DNA of 64,000 nt, taken from an uncultured Candidatus Rokubacteria bacterium (lineage in GTDB: Bacteria > Methylomirabilota > Methylomirabilia > Rokubacteriales > CSP1-6). The stretch spans positions 512,001 to 576,000 of the forward strand of contig CAWBMV010000022.1 of assembly GCA_963789955.1 (NCBI GenBank), given 5' to 3'. Of this stretch, positions 60,010 to 64,000 are shown one piece after another; within the stretch, counting starts at the first letter, position 1, and each line of letters opens with the position of its first letter. The notes under the pieces were generated by a model. The model was given only the letters and a program-made list of their open reading frames with translations, had not been told where the DNA came from and searched no databases. The position numbers and the translations under genes were made by a program.

Positions 60010-62399
60010 ATGGCGAAGCCAAGACGCATCGACGGAATCGGCGCGCCGGTCAAGCGCCGAGAAGATGTGCGCCTGCTGACCGGTCAGGGCCGCTACGCCG
60101 AGGACTGGAACGCGCCGGAGCAGGCGTATGCGGCGTTCGTCCGCTCGCCGCACGCGCACGCCGACGTGACGTCGGTCGATTCGAAGCCCGCGCTGGCGCT
60201 CGCCGGCGTGCTCGGCGTGTTCACCGGGCACGATCTGGTCGCCGCCGGCATCGGGCCCATCCCGACCTTGATCGCGGAGCGCGGCGGCGGCATCCGGAGC
60301 CGCGACGGGTCGGCGTTCGCCGAGCCGTCGTGGTATCCGCTCGCGACCGACACCGTGCGCCACGTCGGCGAGCCCGTGGCGATCGTCGTCGCCGACACAC
60401 CCGCCGCCGCGCGGGACGCCGCCGACGCCGTGCGCGTGCGCTACGCCGAACGGCCGGCCGTGATCGACGCCGTCGCGGCGCTCGCGGCCGGCGCGCCGCG
60501 CCTGCACGCCGGGGTCGAGCGCAACCGGGCGTACGACTGGGAGTGCGGCGATCCTGACGCGACCGCGCGGGCGATCGCGGCCGCCGCGCACGTCGCGCGC
60601 CTGACGCTCGTCGACAACCGGCTCGTCACCTGCTTTCTCGAGCCGCGCGCGGCGCTCGCCGAGTGGGACGCCGGCGCCGGCCGCTACACCCTCTACGCGG
60701 GGCTTCAGAGCGTCCATCAGCTGGCGACGAACCTCGCGCGCATCCTCGGCGTCGCGGCCGACCGCGTGCGGTGCGTCACGGGCGACGTCGGCGGCGGCTT
60801 CGGCTCGAAGATCCAGGTGTACCCGGAGTACGTGGCGCTCGCGTGGGCGGCCCGCCGACTCGGCCGCCCCGTGAAATGGACGTCGAGCCGGTCCGAGGGG
60901 TTCGTCAGCGACGTCCAGTCGCGCGACCATCTGCTCCGCGGTGAGCTCGCGCTCGATGCGGCCGGACGCGTCACCGCGCTGCGCGTGCACTCGACGCCGA
61001 ACCTCGGCGCGTACGTCGCGCCGAGCATCCCGATCTCGACCCTCTCCAACATGGAGCGGATGATCTCCGGGCTCTATGCGATTCCCGCGATCCACCTCCG
61101 CGTCGAGGGCGCCTTGACCAACACGGTGCCCATCAACGTCTATCGCGGCGTCGGCCGTCTCGAGTGCGTCTACACGGTCGAGCGGCTGATCGAGCGGGCG
61201 GCGCGCGAGACCGGCCGCGATCGCGTGGCGATCCGGCGCGCCAACATGGTGCGGACCTTCCCGTATCGGACGGCCACCGGCGCGGTCTACGACTCCGGTG
61301 ACTACGTCGCGCGCCTGGACGAAGCGATCGAGCTCGCCGACACGGTGGGCTTCGCGTCACGGCGCGCCGACGCCGCGCGGCGCGGCCGGCTCCGCGGGCT
61401 CGGCGTCGGACCCTACATCGAGGGCACCGGCGGCGTGCCGCAGGAGTTCGCCGAGGTGCGCGTGCTGCCCGAAGGCGTGGTCGAGGTACCGATCGGCGCC
61501 ATCTCGCAGGGCCAGGGTCACGAGACGGTCTTCGCCCAGGTCGTCGCCGAGCGGCTCGGCCTGCCGTTCGAGGCCGTGCGCATCGTCATGGGCGACACCG
61601 ATCGCGTCGCGAAAGGCGTCGGCACGTTCGCGTCGCGGTCGATGGTGCGCGCGGGCAGCGCGGCCGTCGAGGCCTCGGACGGCGTCGTCGCCGCGGGGCG
61701 CACGATGGCGGCTCATCTTCTGGAAGCGGCGGTCGCCGACGTCGAGTACCAGGACGGCGCGTTCCGGGTCGTCGGGACCGATCGGGCGATCGGCATCTTC
61801 GATCTGGCACGCGCCGCCGCCGGCGGTCAGCTGCCGCCGGCGCTCGGCACCACGCTCGCCGCCGCGAAGATGCACGAGAACCCGGCGTTCGCGTTCGCCA
61901 ACGGCTGCGAAGTCTGCGAGCTCGAGGTCGATCCCGAGACCGGCGCGGTCCAGATCGTCGCGCTGACCATCGTCGACGACTCCGGCCGCTCGGTGAATCC
62001 GATGATCGTGCACGGCCAGATGCACGGGGCGGTCGCCCAGGGGATCGGCCAGGCGCTGACCGAGCGGTGTGTCTACGATCCGGCGAGCGGACAGCTCCTG
62101 TCGGGCTCGTTTCTCGACTACGCGATCCCGCGCGCCGACGATCTACCGTCGATCGCCGTCACGAGCCGCGACGTGCCGAGCCCGACGAACCCGCTCGGCG
62201 TCAAGGGCGCGGGCGAGGGGGGCACGGTCGGCGCGCCGGGCGCGGTGATCCACGCGATCCTCGACGCGCTGGCGCCGCTCGGCGTCACGCACATCGATAT
62301 GCCGGCCACGCCCGAGCGGTGTGGCGCGCGATCCAGGTTGCCGAAAAAGGCCGATCTGCTTCGTTGCCGCCCTCGGCCGCGCGCTCAACGTACATTTAG
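60010..62399 (+). CDS. Xanthine dehydrogenase-family molybdopterin-binding large subunit; indel at ~62319, true stop uncertain
   Basis: RREDVRLLTG, RSPHAHA, VGGGFGSK, YRGVGR, QGQGHET, GAVAQGIGQAL, GVKGAGE. Confidence 0.9.
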
Positions 62400-62460
62400 T
62401 ACGCCTCGCGCGCGGCCTTCGGGCGGCGCCTCGCATCTCGACCTTTTTCGACAACCTGGA
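62332..62460. mobile_element. MITE-like element with imperfect terminal inverted repeats
   Basis: TCCAGGTTGCCGAAAAAGGCCGA ... TCGACCTTTTTCGACAACCTGGA flanking an internal palindrome. Confidence 0.65.
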
Positions 62461-62482
62461 CTGCTTCGCAAACAGCCTGAGG

Positions 62483-63532
62483 CTACGGCTCGCCGAGAAA
62501 AGCGCGGAGGCGCCGCCATGCGACCCGCAGGCCGGCGATCACCGGAACCGAGAGGAACATCCCCGCCACGCCGGCCAGCTCGCCGCCCGCCAGCACGCCG
62601 AAGATCACGAGCGCGGGATGCAGCTCGACGCCGCGCCCCATGATGAGCGGGCTCGAGACGTAGTCCTGAACGAGACGCCAGATCAGGATGAAGAGCGCCA
62701 GGAGCCAGGGGTGCTCGAACCCGCTGAACAGGGCGACCGACACGACGGTGATCCCCGCGGCGGCGGGGCCGACCACGGGCAGGAACTCGAGCGCCCCGCC
62801 GATCGCCGCGAGCACCAGCGCGTACGGGACGCCCGTGATCAGGAACAGCGCGGTCCAGACGACGAAGGTCAGGGCGCAGAGCAGGACCAGGGCGCGGACG
62901 TATTCTCCGAAGACGCTGTGCAGATCGCGGGCGATCGTCCTCGCGAGCCCGCGCCCCCCGCCCTCGTCGTCGATCGCGCCGGTCACCGAATTCGCGATCC
63001 GCTCGGCGTCGCGCAGGAAGAAGAACGCGAAGATCGGCACCATGATGACGACCCACGCGCCCGACAGCCAGCCCAGGGCGCCGGTGAGAGCATGCTGCGC
63101 GTACTCGACGACCTGCGGCAGGTGCGCTCGGACCATTTCGTCCAGGATCTCCGCGCCGGCCCAGTGCGGAAAAATGTTGCTGATCACCCGGCCGCTCTGG
63201 ATCTGGGTCGAGATATCCGGGAACTTCTGGCCGAGCGCGGCCAGCTCGCGGCCGAGCCGCGGGCCGACCAGCGCGATCAAGGTGCTCAGCCCGGCGAGGA
63301 CGACGAGATAGACCACGCCGATCGCCAGCGGACGCCGGCCCGAGCGCGGCAGGCCGCGCTCGACGAGCTTCACCAGCGGAAAGATCAGGTACGCGAGGAC
63401 CACGGCGAAGATCAGCACCAGCAGGACCGTCCGCAAGAGATAGAGGAGCGCGAGGGCGCCGGCGACGACCAGGATGGTCCACACCACGCGCAGGGTCTTG
63501 AGATCGAGGATGCGGGGTGGCGCGGACGGCAT
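62483..63532 (-). CDS. AI-2E family transporter
   Basis: LAYLIFPLV, FLPVVGP, QDYVSSPLIMG...LHP..VIFGVLAGG. Confidence 0.9.
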   Translation of the reverse strand: MPSAPPRILDLKTLRVVWTILVVAGALALLYLLRTVLLVLIFAVVLAYLIFPLVKLVERGLPRSGRRPLAIGVVYLVVLAGLSTLIALVGPRLGRELAALGQKFPDISTQIQSGRVISNIFPHWAGAEILDEMVRAHLPQVVEYAQHALTGALGWLSGAWVVIMVPIFAFFFLRDAERIANSVTGAIDDEGGGRGLARTIARDLHSVFGEYVRALVLLCALTFVVWTALFLITGVPYALVLAAIGGALEFLPVVGPAAAGITVVSVALFSGFEHPWLLALFILIWRLVQDYVSSPLIMGRGVELHPALVIFGVLAGGELAGVAGMFLSVPVIAGLRVAWRRLRAFLGEP

Positions 63533-63562
63533 GGCCGGCACGATTCTAGACCAATACGGCAA

Positions 63563-64000
63563 TCAGCCGCGCTGCGGCTGGGCGGTCGCGGTCGGCTGGC
63601 GCCGGCGCTGCCACAGGCTCGCCCGCCATCTGATCCCGATCAGCAAGGTGAACACCAGCCCGACCAGCGACAAGACGCTGATCGTCATCGGGTAGCCGAT
63701 GCGCTCGATCAGGACGCCCGAGCTCATCAGGCCGAGCGGCATGCCGTAGATCGCGAGCGTCCGCACACCCATCACGCGCGCCCGGAAGCGCTCGTCCGAG
63801 GCGTTGAGCAGATTGGCGGTCATCGCGATCATCGCGATGCTCTGGACGAAGCCCGCGACCACGAGCGCGAAGAGACCCGGGCCCATGCTCTGGAGGTGGC
63901 CGAAGGTCAATAGGATTGCGTACCAGACCGCCGTGTAGACCAGCACGGATCGCGCGAGCCGGCGTGGGCCGCCCGTCGCGACCGTGGCGATCGAGCCAAG
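63563..64000 (-). CDS. MFS transporter, C-terminal part (continues beyond window)
   Basis: Hydrophobic helices; FRARVMGVR...GMPLG. Confidence 0.75.
   Translation of the reverse strand, partial: LGSIATVATGGPRRLARSVLVYTAVWYAILLTFGHLQSMGPGLFALVVAGFVQSIAMIAMTANLLNASDERFRARVMGVRTLAIYGMPLGLMSSGVLIERIGYPMTISVLSLVGLVFTLLIGIRWRASLWQRRRQPTATAQPQRG

Noticed and set aside
60010..62399. Aerobic CO dehydrogenase form I CoxL
   Set aside because: The active-site loop reads VYRGVGR, not AYxCSFR, and no coxM/coxS genes are adjacent

Overview
High-GC bacterial chromosomal segment. Its gene content (many LLM flavin oxidoreductases, amidohydrolases, amidases and short secreted hypotheticals) suggests, by inference only, a Ca. 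Rokubacteria/Methylomirabilota-like soil organism. The window starts at the tail of a visibly less GC-rich surface-polysaccharide cluster (GT2, methyltransferase, deacetylase). It then carries a BT1-type MFS transporter, RecQ, a 2-oxoacid/acetoin dehydrogenase with E1alpha 13 kb away from E1beta and E2, an ABC-F ATPase, aroA, a selenocysteine formate dehydrogenase operon (fdhD-fdnG[Sec]-fdhE-FeS-NrfD), a sensor-less sigma54 activator, a flavin-dependent halogenase/acyltransferase/methyltransferase trio, and many catabolic enzymes. The most striking feature is a cobalamin riboswitch (~48.6-48.8 kb) heading a tightly coupled 5-gene lipid-modification operon: free-standing CFA-synthase N-domain, GGR-like flavin reductase, CFA-type SAM methyltransferase, membrane desaturase and a double-YjbQ-like protein. 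This may be a B12-independent route to methyl-branched lipids. Other items: small ORFs missed by the ORF track (45-aa lipoprotein; 19-aa Lys-rich ORF just before the ABC-F gene), a dispersed/tandem ~64-bp palindromic repeat, a MITE-like element and a decayed gene duplicate. About 20 genes carry 1-2 nt frameshifts, mostly insertions, which look like long-read assembly errors rather than true pseudogenes.
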